From a virus, in the IMG/VR virus record IMGVR_UViG_3300017728_000002, positions 1 to 64,000 of that record: a stretch of DNA of 64,000 bases, one strand, 5' to 3'. Position 1 is the stretch's first letter; every line of letters starts with the position of its first letter. Below, one piece after another: positions 9,260-16,898 of the stretch. Both the position numbers and the translations under genes were made by a program. The notes under the pieces are model-generated. The model saw only the letters and a program-made list of their open reading frames with translations, was not told where the DNA came from and did not search any database.

Positions 9260-10490
9260 TGGCGCGCATAGCGTATCGGGTGCTACTCAAAGGCAGCTAC
9301 ATTGTTTTTGCACCCTTATACAAGGGCTGTTCATGAGGAGTGTAAAAGGGGACGCCTTTGCGCCCCCTTCCACCTAACGACTTCGACCAATGACGACGAA
9401 GCCTACCTTTACCATGAGGGTGGAGAAAGAAGTAACTAAGCTATCAACACACCTATAGGGAGCTATCCTATAGTAACCTCGTGGTATACTGTGTGTCTTG
9501 CATGTGCACATACTGCTCTCCCAGTGACGTAAGCCCTGTTGTTATTGGAAAGCATACTTAGTTACTTCATTTGTATCTGTCGTAGCGTGCCTCGTCAGGT
9601 TTGCTACTAGTATTTCTAAGGTCTTCACCATTAAATAGATTTAAGCACATGCGTCCATGCACCGAGACGGTCAGTTATCTAAGCTGTTATCATTAGCTTG
9701 GTCACTAAATCCGGTTGTGTGACTCGCGGTCGTCAACCCGCCCAACAATGTCTATTCTACTTTGGTTGAAGAGGCCGATGTTGGACTGCCCCTGATGCTG
9801 TATGTAAAGGCAGCACGGCGAAACACCGCACTATATCTTCTATCAGTACTGCGTAGAGTACATCGTTGTTTCTCAGAGCTGCTAATCCTTAGGTTTGAAT
9901 AGAGCTATCTATTCCTAACTAGCATAACGTAAAACGATTGAAGACTGCCTATTCATGTTCCTTCAGCATTTGTGCGGGAGAGTGTACTGTGTCCGTAGAC
10001 GTCATAAACAGCTACACTCTCCCTAACCTGGTATACGTCAGGCTGACGTAGCAATCGAATAGATTCAGACATGAGAAGCGATTGCACCTCACATGTCCTA
10101 ATAGATAATGCACCCGAAGGCGACTTTTAGAATATGGACTGAATTGGATAACAAGGCACAGTCAAACCCCGTTTTTATAGACTTACACTATCAACACGCC
10201 TTCGAGTGATCAACTCTCCGTACCTATAATGGCAAACCCCTACTTTATCGGAGCTCCTGTCATGTCTTGCATCTAGAATACTGCTGGTCTTGGCTATATC
10301 CAGCACGTGTAAGTCCTGCCTTGTAGTAAGGCAGTTGTCGACGCAACCTCTGAATGACTTTAGAGAGTCAAACAGAGGCCACTTGTACGTTCAGGTACCA
10401 TTAGGTGATGGTTAATTTGGCTAACATCACCGACAAACCAAGAGGTGGCATAGCCTCTTATGCGTGTTTAAGTCCTGTCTAGACTACTCT
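9260..10490 (-). ncRNA. Candidate large structured non-coding RNA (or cluster of structured RNAs), family unrecognised
   Basis: ~1.2 kb with no ORF >=60 aa on either strand. More than 15 inverted-repeat stems (e.g. 9429-9440/9557-9568, 12 bp; 9976-9986/10013-10023, 11 bp), two pseudoknots and repeated motifs. Strand is inferred from arm orientation and a C.A mismatch that becomes G.U on the minus strand. Confidence 0.6.
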
Positions 10491-10507
10491 CAGTTGACTG
10501 ACTCTAA

Positions 10508-11200
10508 TCAGTCGGTTGAGAGCGTGGGGTACTCATCGGAGTCACTAACATGGTCAGTGTCTTGCCGATGGGAATCCTCTTTATCAAGTTCAGCTTGAAG
10601 CTGTCTATTTAGCGCCTCGTCACGTTCTGCTTCGACTGCGTTGTCTAAGCGGTGCTCCATCATAGCTTCGTTAAGCAGCCTGTCCTCCTCAAGGGCCTCA
10701 GCAACAGAAAGAGTAGTATCCTCATAGAAGGGAGTAACATTACCTTGCCTATCAAGAGACAAACAAAACCTATCATGCATCTTGTCTATAGTAGAGGAAG
10801 GAACATCATGGACAGAGATACCATCATGTCTGTTCTCCATGATGATGGTATGAATACGAAACTGCTGATCAGGTAGAAGCTCTTCATTGACTCGATTAGT
10901 GAAGTCAACGTAAGGCCACATCTCTTCAGTAGTGGTATTGGTGTTGTCTACAATGATGATACCGTCTGTATGCTTCATGTGCTTCATTTCATGAAGAGCA
11001 CAGATGAAGTCAGCTTGAGCTTGGGTATGGCAAGCAGCAAGCTTGGTAGCATCAAAGCAGTAGTTGCCAAAGTCATCAGTCATGAAGGTGTCAGCACTGA
11101 CGACACGCACGAAGCCCGGTGTGGACATGGCAACTAAGGTTTGAGCGAATGTGGATTTGCCTGAGCCAGGTAAACCGCGTAGGATGATTACTGTATTCAT
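10508..11200 (-). CDS. P-loop NTPase / polynucleotide-kinase-like (AAA_33, N4BP2-type) with acidic tail
   Basis: ILRGLPGSGKST Walker A, SAD.F, IIVDNTN, H.VP...I..M motifs. Confidence 0.85.
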   Translation of the reverse strand: MNTVIILRGLPGSGKSTFAQTLVAMSTPGFVRVVSADTFMTDDFGNYCFDATKLAACHTQAQADFICALHEMKHMKHTDGIIIVDNTNTTTEEMWPYVDFTNRVNEELLPDQQFRIHTIIMENRHDGISVHDVPSSTIDKMHDRFCLSLDRQGNVTPFYEDTTLSVAEALEEDRLLNEAMMEHRLDNAVEAERDEALNRQLQAELDKEDSHRQDTDHVSDSDEYPTLSTD

Positions 11201-11594
11201 ATGTTAAGGGTTAGAGAGTTGTATCTGAATGGGTATTGTATGGTGTAGAATTGTAATGCAGCATGTCAAAGAGCGGGTTGCTAAGTTGCATAATACAGAG
11301 TATTGTTTGGCTTGAGGTGCTTGCTAAGAAGGGGTGAAACAGGGTGTATATTGCTGCAACACACTCACAACCAATCAGTTAGGATGTGCATAACTCGTTA
11401 GCTTAAGCGGTATAGGCTTCTGTATAAGACTGCACCCCCCAAGCAAAGTCTTCTTTTAAAACCAGCAGTGCTTGGCAGCGTTTGGTAGTGCTTGTCAGGG
11501 CTTGCAGAGTAGTGCTTGCTAGGCCTTGCATGGGCTGGGCAGGGCTGAGCCTGGGCTACGCGAGGCTGGCTGTGTTCTTTTTAGCAACGCTAAA

Positions 11595-11620
11595 CAGGCC
11601 ACCCGGTTAGGGGTGACCTG
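11595..11620 (-). terminator. Hairpin after ORF 11648-11986
   Basis: caggccaccc-ggttag-gggtgacctg inverted repeat. Confidence 0.55.
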
Positions 11621-11647
11621 CGTAACGTGGCAAGAGCCGGAAGAACC

Positions 11648-11986
11648 TCAATCCGGCAAATCTATTGTTTTGACCTCGCGTTCATCAAACCACAAACGGT
11701 AATCAGAACCATCCTCGGCCGCAAATGCAGTGCACTGGCTGAGAATCCTCTTTTTACCGAGGGCTGTGTGAACCGGGTTGTTCAGGTCCAACATAGAAAT
11801 CCTCACAAGTTCCTCACTCACTACACCATTCTCTCCTGTTACGGAGAATCTAGCATAGCTCGTGCTCTTTGTGGGGTCTTTTGTGTTGACCTTCTCGCAA
11901 AAGTCTATCACAGTGGTAGGACAATGGCGTGTTGGAACCTTGGCAGTAGGCTGCTGGTCCACTTGGGGAGCAATTTGGTCGCTCAT
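11648..11986 (-). CDS. Hypothetical early protein
   Basis: Start revised to MSDQ (11986, TACCATG context) because promoter motifs at 12043 and 12091 lie inside the longer track ORF. Confidence 0.65.
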   Translation of the reverse strand: MSDQIAPQVDQQPTAKVPTRHCPTTVIDFCEKVNTKDPTKSTSYARFSVTGENGVVSEELVRISMLDLNNPVHTALGKKRILSQCTAFAAEDGSDYRLWFDEREVKTIDLPD

Positions 11987-12177
11987 GGTAGTTGGGTGTG
12001 CCATTGGGATAGGTTTGCCCAAAGCACACGCTCCTGCACAGAAAAGTCTTCTTTTTAGACATCCAGTTACGTCTTTGAGAATCAAGCCACGTCTTCTTTT
12101 TACAACAGGTCGTCTTTGCCTCCATTGGGCTGGCGCCCGTGGTTGCTGCTCGGCTCTTAGCACGAGTGTGCTGCTTA

Positions 12178-12203
12178 CCCCCACCACCCGAAGGTGGCAG
12201 GGG
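12178..12203 (-). terminator. UUCG-tetraloop hairpin after ORF 12242-12526
   Basis: Minus strand CCACC-TTCG-GGTGG. Confidence 0.55.
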
Positions 12204-12241
12204 ATCGCGGCTACGAACATGGCAATCACTCTAATACGATT

Positions 12242-12526
12242 TTAGTTCACCCTCACGTACTGTAAAGTCTCACTATTCTTGATACGCAGCTTCAGAATAT
12301 CCAAGTCCTTATTGGAGATGGTCGCAGACCACATAGTATCACTAAGGGTATCATAGTCCTCATTCTGAATGACGCGCTCAATCTCAAGCTTTACAATTTG
12401 TGTACCTGCCAGCTTAGTACAAGAAACACTCCAAGAGGCTTTACTGGGAAGCATTGACTGCAACATGCCAATCTGATGTATGACATCGTCATGGGTTACA
12501 TGGTCTATTTCGTTGTTGCTCTTCAT
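12242..12526 (-). CDS. Hypothetical early protein (94 aa)
   Basis: Preceded by the motif at 12572, TACCATG start context, followed by a hairpin. Confidence 0.7.
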   Translation of the reverse strand: MKSNNEIDHVTHDDVIHQIGMLQSMLPSKASWSVSCTKLAGTQIVKLEIERVIQNEDYDTLSDTMWSATISNKDLDILKLRIKNSETLQYVRVN

Positions 12527-12603
12527 GGTAAAAGGTTAACAGGAGCGACGTTGCCCCTGCTATCCCCGAGCAAAGCCATCTTTTTAGACATCCTATAAAG
12601 GGA

Positions 12604-12635
12604 GGAAACACAGGGAGCCGAAGCCCCCTGTTTCC
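12604..12635 (-). terminator. UUCG-tetraloop hairpin after ORF 12651-12869
   Basis: Minus strand GGAAACAGGGGGC-TTCG-GCTCCCTGTGTTTCC. Confidence 0.6.
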
Positions 12636-12650
12636 ATGTGTGTTGTACAA

Positions 12651-12869
12651 TTAGCGAAATGGGATCACGCGGTCAACGATGCGGCAAAGCATCAGACCGA
12701 CGTGGCCGTAGTGGTGTTCCAGGTTGTCCTGGATGTGACCGCACATCTCGGCGTAAGCCTCAAAGTGCTTACCGCCGGAGTGGTAGTCGCGATGCATGGC
12801 GCGATGCATGCGTGCGTACTCTTGGAGACCGCGGTACAGGTTGGTGATATGTTTAATCATAGCTAGCAC
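12651..12869 (-). CDS. Hypothetical His-rich early protein (~70 aa)
   Basis: Lies between the motif at 12875 and the hairpin at 12604. Confidence 0.6.
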   Translation of the reverse strand: MLAMIKHITNLYRGLQEYARMHRAMHRDYHSGGKHFEAYAEMCGHIQDNLEHHYGHVGLMLCRIVDRVIPFR

Positions 12870-12943
12870 CTATTAAAGCCTTCTTTTTAGACACCCTACA
12901 ACGTCTTTGCTGTGTTTGCTACGCACTCTCCATCCCACCCAAG

Positions 12944-12975
12944 CTGCCACTGACATGGGTTACATGTCAGGGCAG
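12944..12975 (-). terminator. Hairpin after ORF 12992-13318
   Basis: ctgcc-a-ctgacatg-ggtta-catgtcag-ggcag. Confidence 0.55.
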
Positions 12976-12991
12976 TCAAGGGCAGAATCAT

Positions 12992-13318
12992 TCAGGTCAA
13001 GCCCATGCCAAGCTCGGCACACGGCTGTGGCTCTGCTTCCTCTGGCTCAACTTCGACTACTTCAGCCGGAGCAAAGAAGATTCCACGCTTCCGCAGATTA
13101 GGGATGACAAATAGCATCATCATGTTGTCGCACTCGAGAAGACGCTTACCACGTCCCAAAGCAGGATGGTGTGCGTAAATCTCTGTGCGACGTGTGGTCA
13201 TGTTCGTGACACACTGCAAACTGTGAAAGCTTCCGCGCAAAACAGTATCTGCATGCTCCTTAGCTGTGGCCATTTTTTGTTCAAGGGGCAGGCTCTTCCC
13301 GGTTACATCTTCACTCAT
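12992..13318 (-). CDS. Hypothetical early protein
   Basis: Likely start MSEDV at 13318 (TTTTACCATG context) after the motif at 13368. Confidence 0.65.
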   Translation of the reverse strand: MSEDVTGKSLPLEQKMATAKEHADTVLRGSFHSLQCVTNMTTRRTEIYAHHPALGRGKRLLECDNMMMLFVIPNLRKRGIFFAPAEVVEVEPEEAEPQPCAELGMGLT

Positions 13319-13453
13319 GGTAAAAGAGTTGGCGCAAGCAACAGTGCTCACACACGCTCATCTCCATAAAAGCCATCTTTTTAGACACCCTCATAGGTGT
13401 CTTTGCTCTTCAGCCTCAGCACCCAAGTCGTATGGGAGCCGGCAGCACCCAAT

Positions 13454-13495
13454 AAAAAGGTAGAATCTCACCTACCCCGAAGGGCAGGTGGATTC
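13454..13495 (-). terminator. Rho-independent terminator with UUCG loop
   Basis: Minus strand GAATCCACCTGCCC-TTCG-GGGTAGGTGAGATTC followed by a T-tract. Confidence 0.65.
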
Positions 13496-13504
13496 CAGTT
13501 TAGG

Positions 13505-13891
13505 TCAGAAGTCCAGTTCATCACTCATGTGATCCAACCATTCCTGTTCCTCTCGGTCCAGGTCCTCCCGTTCAGGGAAGATGATAACCTCACGAGGCTT
13601 ATCCGTACAGTTCCATGTTACGGTTACTCCAAGTTCCCGCTCAATCATCAGCACATCCTCATAGCAGATGAGCATACTCTCAAGAGAACGACCCCTGAAA
13701 CGGGCCATCGGCTCACTGATAGAGGTGACATGAACATTGTCCATACGCACCTCAAACAAATAATTGTACCTATAGTTTCCATCCTCATCAGGCGTGGGGA
13801 AAGCGACCAGTACATTAGCATCCTTACCTGTGAGGGTAGGATTCAAGAGCTGGGCCGAGACGTACTCGGCCATTTCTGTTATATGTTCCAT
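13505..13891 (-). CDS. Hypothetical acidic early protein (128 aa), first gene of the left arm
   Basis: Preceded by the motif at 13907, followed by a terminator. Confidence 0.7.
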   Translation of the reverse strand: MEHITEMAEYVSAQLLNPTLTGKDANVLVAFPTPDEDGNYRYNYLFEVRMDNVHVTSISEPMARFRGRSLESMLICYEDVLMIERELGVTVTWNCTDKPREVIIFPEREDLDREEQEWLDHMSDELDF

Positions 13892-14136
13892 AGCTCATCC
13901 CAACCGAAGTGCTCTTTTAACCCCAGGGGGTATCTGATGCTCCTCGCACTTGCGGGGGGCTTGATTCTAAGTGGTCCTCACACTCACTATTTTGAACTAC
14001 TCCCCCATTATTTTGAAGGGGGCTTTATATGTGTGTAAGAATCAAGGGGGTAGGGGGTACTTAAAGTCCTACGTATACGCCTACAAAACGTTGAATAAAA
14101 GAGCTGTATTACGTAATTGCGTGTTTTATGCGGAGT

Positions 14137-14144
14137 TATATTTG
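14137..14144 (+). promoter_or_regulatory. Bacteroidota sigma-A -7 element TATATTTG
   Basis: Matches TAnnTTTG with an upstream TTG (~14117), directly before ATG 14148. Confidence 0.5.
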
Positions 14145-14147
14145 GAC

Positions 14148-14393
14148 ATGCCTGCTTCGTCAATTATCCTTCCTAAGGAGTTGAGCCATTACAGTGTTGA
14201 AACTGTAGGTCTCGTTATTGAAGCCATTAAGTTGTACGGTTACAACACTGCCATCGGCAAGTTTGTCCTAGCTGGTTTTAATGACAGTATTGAGATCGCT
14301 TATGTCTTTTCTAAAGACAAGGATCTTCTTGAAACTGTTATGCAGCTGTTTGAAGAAAGGAAAAAAGGATCACTACTGTTACAGAACGTGTAG
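14148..14393 (+). CDS. Hypothetical protein (81 aa)
   Basis: Likely start MPASS after the host-type promoter. Confidence 0.55.
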   Translation: MPASSIILPKELSHYSVETVGLVIEAIKLYGYNTAIGKFVLAGFNDSIEIAYVFSKDKDLLETVMQLFEERKKGSLLLQNV

Positions 14394-14556
14394 CGAGTAG
14401 AAGATGGCTGTAAGCTCTTTGTCTTCTATCTAATTCTTCTTTGTACTCTTTCAAGAGTTGTAGCAAGTTGGTTACTTGTTGTTCTTGTATTTGGTACTTC
14501 TTTTCAAGTACTTCAATCCTGTTCAGGATCTCTTGGCGGATACGGCGAGAGTACAT
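14338..14556 (-). CDS. Small coiled-coil protein
   Basis: Heptad-rich ORF; overlaps the 3' end of the convergent gene. Confidence 0.45.
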   Translation of the reverse strand: MYSRRIRQEILNRIEVLEKKYQIQEQQVTNLLQLLKEYKEELDRRQRAYSHLLLATRSVTVVILFSFLQTAA

Positions 14557-14835
14557 TATGACAGAAGACAGACGTTAGATGTGGCTTCGTCTAAACTTTC
14601 AAAACTTAGCAGCGTCACTATCGTTCCTCGCGAAGGCTACGCCTTCATTTTGGTTAAGAGAAAAGAATTAGTCTATGCTAACGCACGTAGAAGCTACGTG
14701 TAATATTTGACAATAGCAACCATTGTTTAAAATATTATTTTGCATAGGAATGGTTTAGGTTCAATCACACCCTTTAGTACAGAATCCTAAGTGGTTTTGT
14801 TTGCCAGGAGAGTACATGCCTCTTACAATAGAGAC

Positions 14836-15012
14836 ATGGAGAGTTACTCCGAATATCTAGGCGTAGGGACTAAGGTCTACAGTGTATTCCACTGTGACCT
14901 CTATACGATCAGCATTGTCCAGGACGGACAAGGCGAGCTTTTAGAAGTGAGTTGTGAGACGGATCTGCCTGTGGGAGTTAGCCCCAAGGAGTTTGACCCT
15001 TTCGAAGAGTAG
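14836..15012 (+). CDS. Hypothetical small protein
   Basis: ATG-started part of track ORF 14791-15012. Confidence 0.4.
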   Translation: MESYSEYLGVGTKVYSVFHCDLYTISIVQDGQGELLEVSCETDLPVGVSPKEFDPFEE

Positions 15013-15358
15013 GGATCTCTACTTCTTTGCCATTCACCATTAAGGTATGCTTGGCTTTTCCGTGGTGCTGGTTGTAGTTGTTTTTCCAGCGTGCCACTTC
15101 TTGCTTCTTGTGCAAGTACTCTGCTGCCATCTTAGATCGGTAGTCAACCAGGCTACTCATGATCATTTCTCCTTCTTCATAGAAGATGGTAAGATCTCCC
15201 CACGCCACTTTTGCTCTTACGATACACGAAGTGTCTGACCGGTTCTCCACTTCCATGGATTCGATTAAGTCAGCAGGTACACCATTTTGTCTGCACCCTT
15301 CTTCAAGGATCTGTTCAATGGCGTATGACTCGTTGGTTGCAAGCGCTTTAGAAGGCAT
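14978..15358 (-). CDS. Hypothetical protein (126 aa), divergent from the integrase
   Basis: ORF track; protein-like composition. Confidence 0.6.
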   Translation of the reverse strand: MPSKALATNESYAIEQILEEGCRQNGVPADLIESMEVENRSDTSCIVRAKVAWGDLTIFYEEGEMIMSSLVDYRSKMAAEYLHKKQEVARWKNNYNQHHGKAKHTLMVNGKEVEIPTLRKGQTPWG

Positions 15359-15454
15359 ATAGCTAAGATACAGAAGAACCTTCTGTTATAGTGAGGTGTT
15401 TTGTAGACGAGATTTCAATAAGTGTGCGTTACCTTCGCATCCCGAGTCACTGGG

Positions 15455-15716
15455 AAAAGTTCCACGGTTATTCCAAAAAGTTCCTAGAATTCATTTGAAA
15501 CGAACCTGGAACTTATTTAACCCAGCGGCAGAGGAAGCGTAAGTAAAGTGTCTAAGTTGTTGAAATACAGGATGTAACACACACCCTGCGAGAATAGCTC
15601 AGTTGGTAGAGCACAACCTTGCCAAGGTTGTAGTACAGATAACCTAAGAGATTCAATAAGAGACACATACAGAAACAGCGATTTTACTCCATACCCTAAA
15701 GTTCCCAAAAAGTACC
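15455..15716. mobile_element. Putative attP site with arm-type repeats
   Basis: AAAAGTTCC-like repeats at 15455, 15476, 15508 (inverted), 15698 and 15708 flank a tRNA fragment directly upstream of the integrase. Confidence 0.7.
15588..15630 (+). pseudogene. 5' fragment (43 nt) of tRNA-Gly(GCC), att core
   Basis: GCGAGAATAGCTCAGTTGGTAGAGCACAACCTTGCCAAGGTTG gives the acceptor 5' strand, D arm and anticodon arm; no T arm or 3' acceptor strand follows. Confidence 0.85.
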
Positions 15717-16790
15717 ATGCTTACGGTGTCAGAACCTTCTAAAGGAAAGCGTTGGAAAATTCGGATTACGGATATGGAAACCAAGAAATCCGTGGTTTTT
15801 GTGAGTGGCAGAGTCGTAGGTGACACCACCCGCCCCCAAGATTTAAGCGAAGACGGCAAGGAGAAGTACTTCTACTGGCTCAAACGCGCGCTAGAAACTC
15901 GTATTTCCACCGGCTGGACTCCTAAACAGTTTGCAGGAAAGCCTAAAAAGTCTGTTCAACGCACAGCCTGGGAGCTTGCAGTGGATCAAACTTTGAAGAC
16001 GATCAAAGGATTAGATCCTTGGTATGTGAAGCAAGTCCATCGACACGTAAATAGGATGATGGAAGACTTTGAAACGTTTCCTTCTCAAGACGAGTTTACT
16101 CGATTCATCAAAAAGCGTTTCAATACAGGCCGAACAACCATGCACATGGCCAAGCGTCGCTTCAGTGCGTTCTTCACCCATATGATCGATATGGAGTTGA
16201 TTGACTACAATCCTGCAGAGAAGATCAAAGTCAGAACTCCGCAACCCACACGCAACCATGTTTACACCAAACAACAGCTCAGGGATCTCTTTGCTTATTT
16301 AAAAGAGCACAGGCCTACCTTATATGTATGCTGCTACCTCACTTACAAACTTTTCCTACGGCCCCACAAAGAGATTCGGCTTTTGAGGTGGGAATACTTT
16401 GATTGGGACAACGAAACAGTAAACATCCCTCCTAAGTATTCTAAGAACCGCAAGCCTCGTACTCTCCCATTAGACCAGGAGACCATATATGAGTTAAAGT
16501 GGTGGGGAGTAGAAACCGAAGGCTTTGTTATGGGAAGGGAGTTCAACCCAGACTACTTTAAAACTCAGTGGGGCAGGTTACGCAAGACATATAAGCTTGA
16601 ACCCTACCAAACATTGTATAGTGTTCGGCACACTGCAGCTTGTTTGTTCTACAACGAACACAAGAACATCCATCAGTTAATGTTGGTTATGGGGCATGCC
16701 AGTACAGCCAGTACGTTGAATTACTTAAAAAATGCTCCTGTCCAACAGGCCGGCGTAGATGAGCTGAAAGTATTGAGCTTAAAGGAATAG
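15717..16790 (+). CDS. int: Tyrosine recombinase / phage integrase
   Basis: Catalytic R (LRPHKEI), K (SKNRK), YSVRHTAA, MGH and Y; core-binding NPA motif; 357 aa. Confidence 0.92.
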   Translation: MLTVSEPSKGKRWKIRITDMETKKSVVFVSGRVVGDTTRPQDLSEDGKEKYFYWLKRALETRISTGWTPKQFAGKPKKSVQRTAWELAVDQTLKTIKGLDPWYVKQVHRHVNRMMEDFETFPSQDEFTRFIKKRFNTGRTTMHMAKRRFSAFFTHMIDMELIDYNPAEKIKVRTPQPTRNHVYTKQQLRDLFAYLKEHRPTLYVCCYLTYKLFLRPHKEIRLLRWEYFDWDNETVNIPPKYSKNRKPRTLPLDQETIYELKWWGVETEGFVMGREFNPDYFKTQWGRLRKTYKLEPYQTLYSVRHTAACLFYNEHKNIHQLMLVMGHASTASTLNYLKNAPVQQAGVDELKVLSLKE

Positions 16791-16898
16791 TTCATTTTAA
16801 TATCCATAAATTTTTCGACGCCTTTAAACGTCGTTTATTTGGCATAGGGTTGCATATGTGCATTACATACGTTACGTTAACCAAATAATCTATGGAAT

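Larger units (their letters stand above)
11446..13921 (-). promoter_or_regulatory. Array of repeated putative early-promoter motifs (minus-strand consensus GTCTAAAAAGA(A/T)GGCTTT)
   Basis: Copies at ~11446, 11571, 11744, 12043, 12091, 12572, 12875, 13368 and 13907, plus one at 9243; all in the same orientation, mostly just upstream of minus-strand starts. Confidence 0.7.

Noticed and set aside
9785-9830. Hammerhead ribozyme (CTGATG...CGAAAC)
   Set aside because: The core reads CTGATGC rather than CUGANGA, and stems I/III with a cleavage triplet could not be built
9260-10490. Group I/II intron, tmRNA, RNase P or CRISPR array
   Set aside because: No recognisable P7 or domain V, tRNA-like ends or RNase P core; no interrupted gene; no regularly spaced repeats
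11446-13921. CRISPR array or integron attC array
   Set aside because: Repeats are short, degenerate and irregularly spaced, with whole genes between them; they fit promoters better
13397-14038. 213-aa plus-strand ORF
   Set aside because: Runs antisense across an early cassette with its promoter and terminator; not protein-like
15588-15660. Complete tRNA-Gly gene
   Set aside because: The sequence after the anticodon arm has no T-loop (GTTCGA) and no 3' acceptor strand; it is only a fragment
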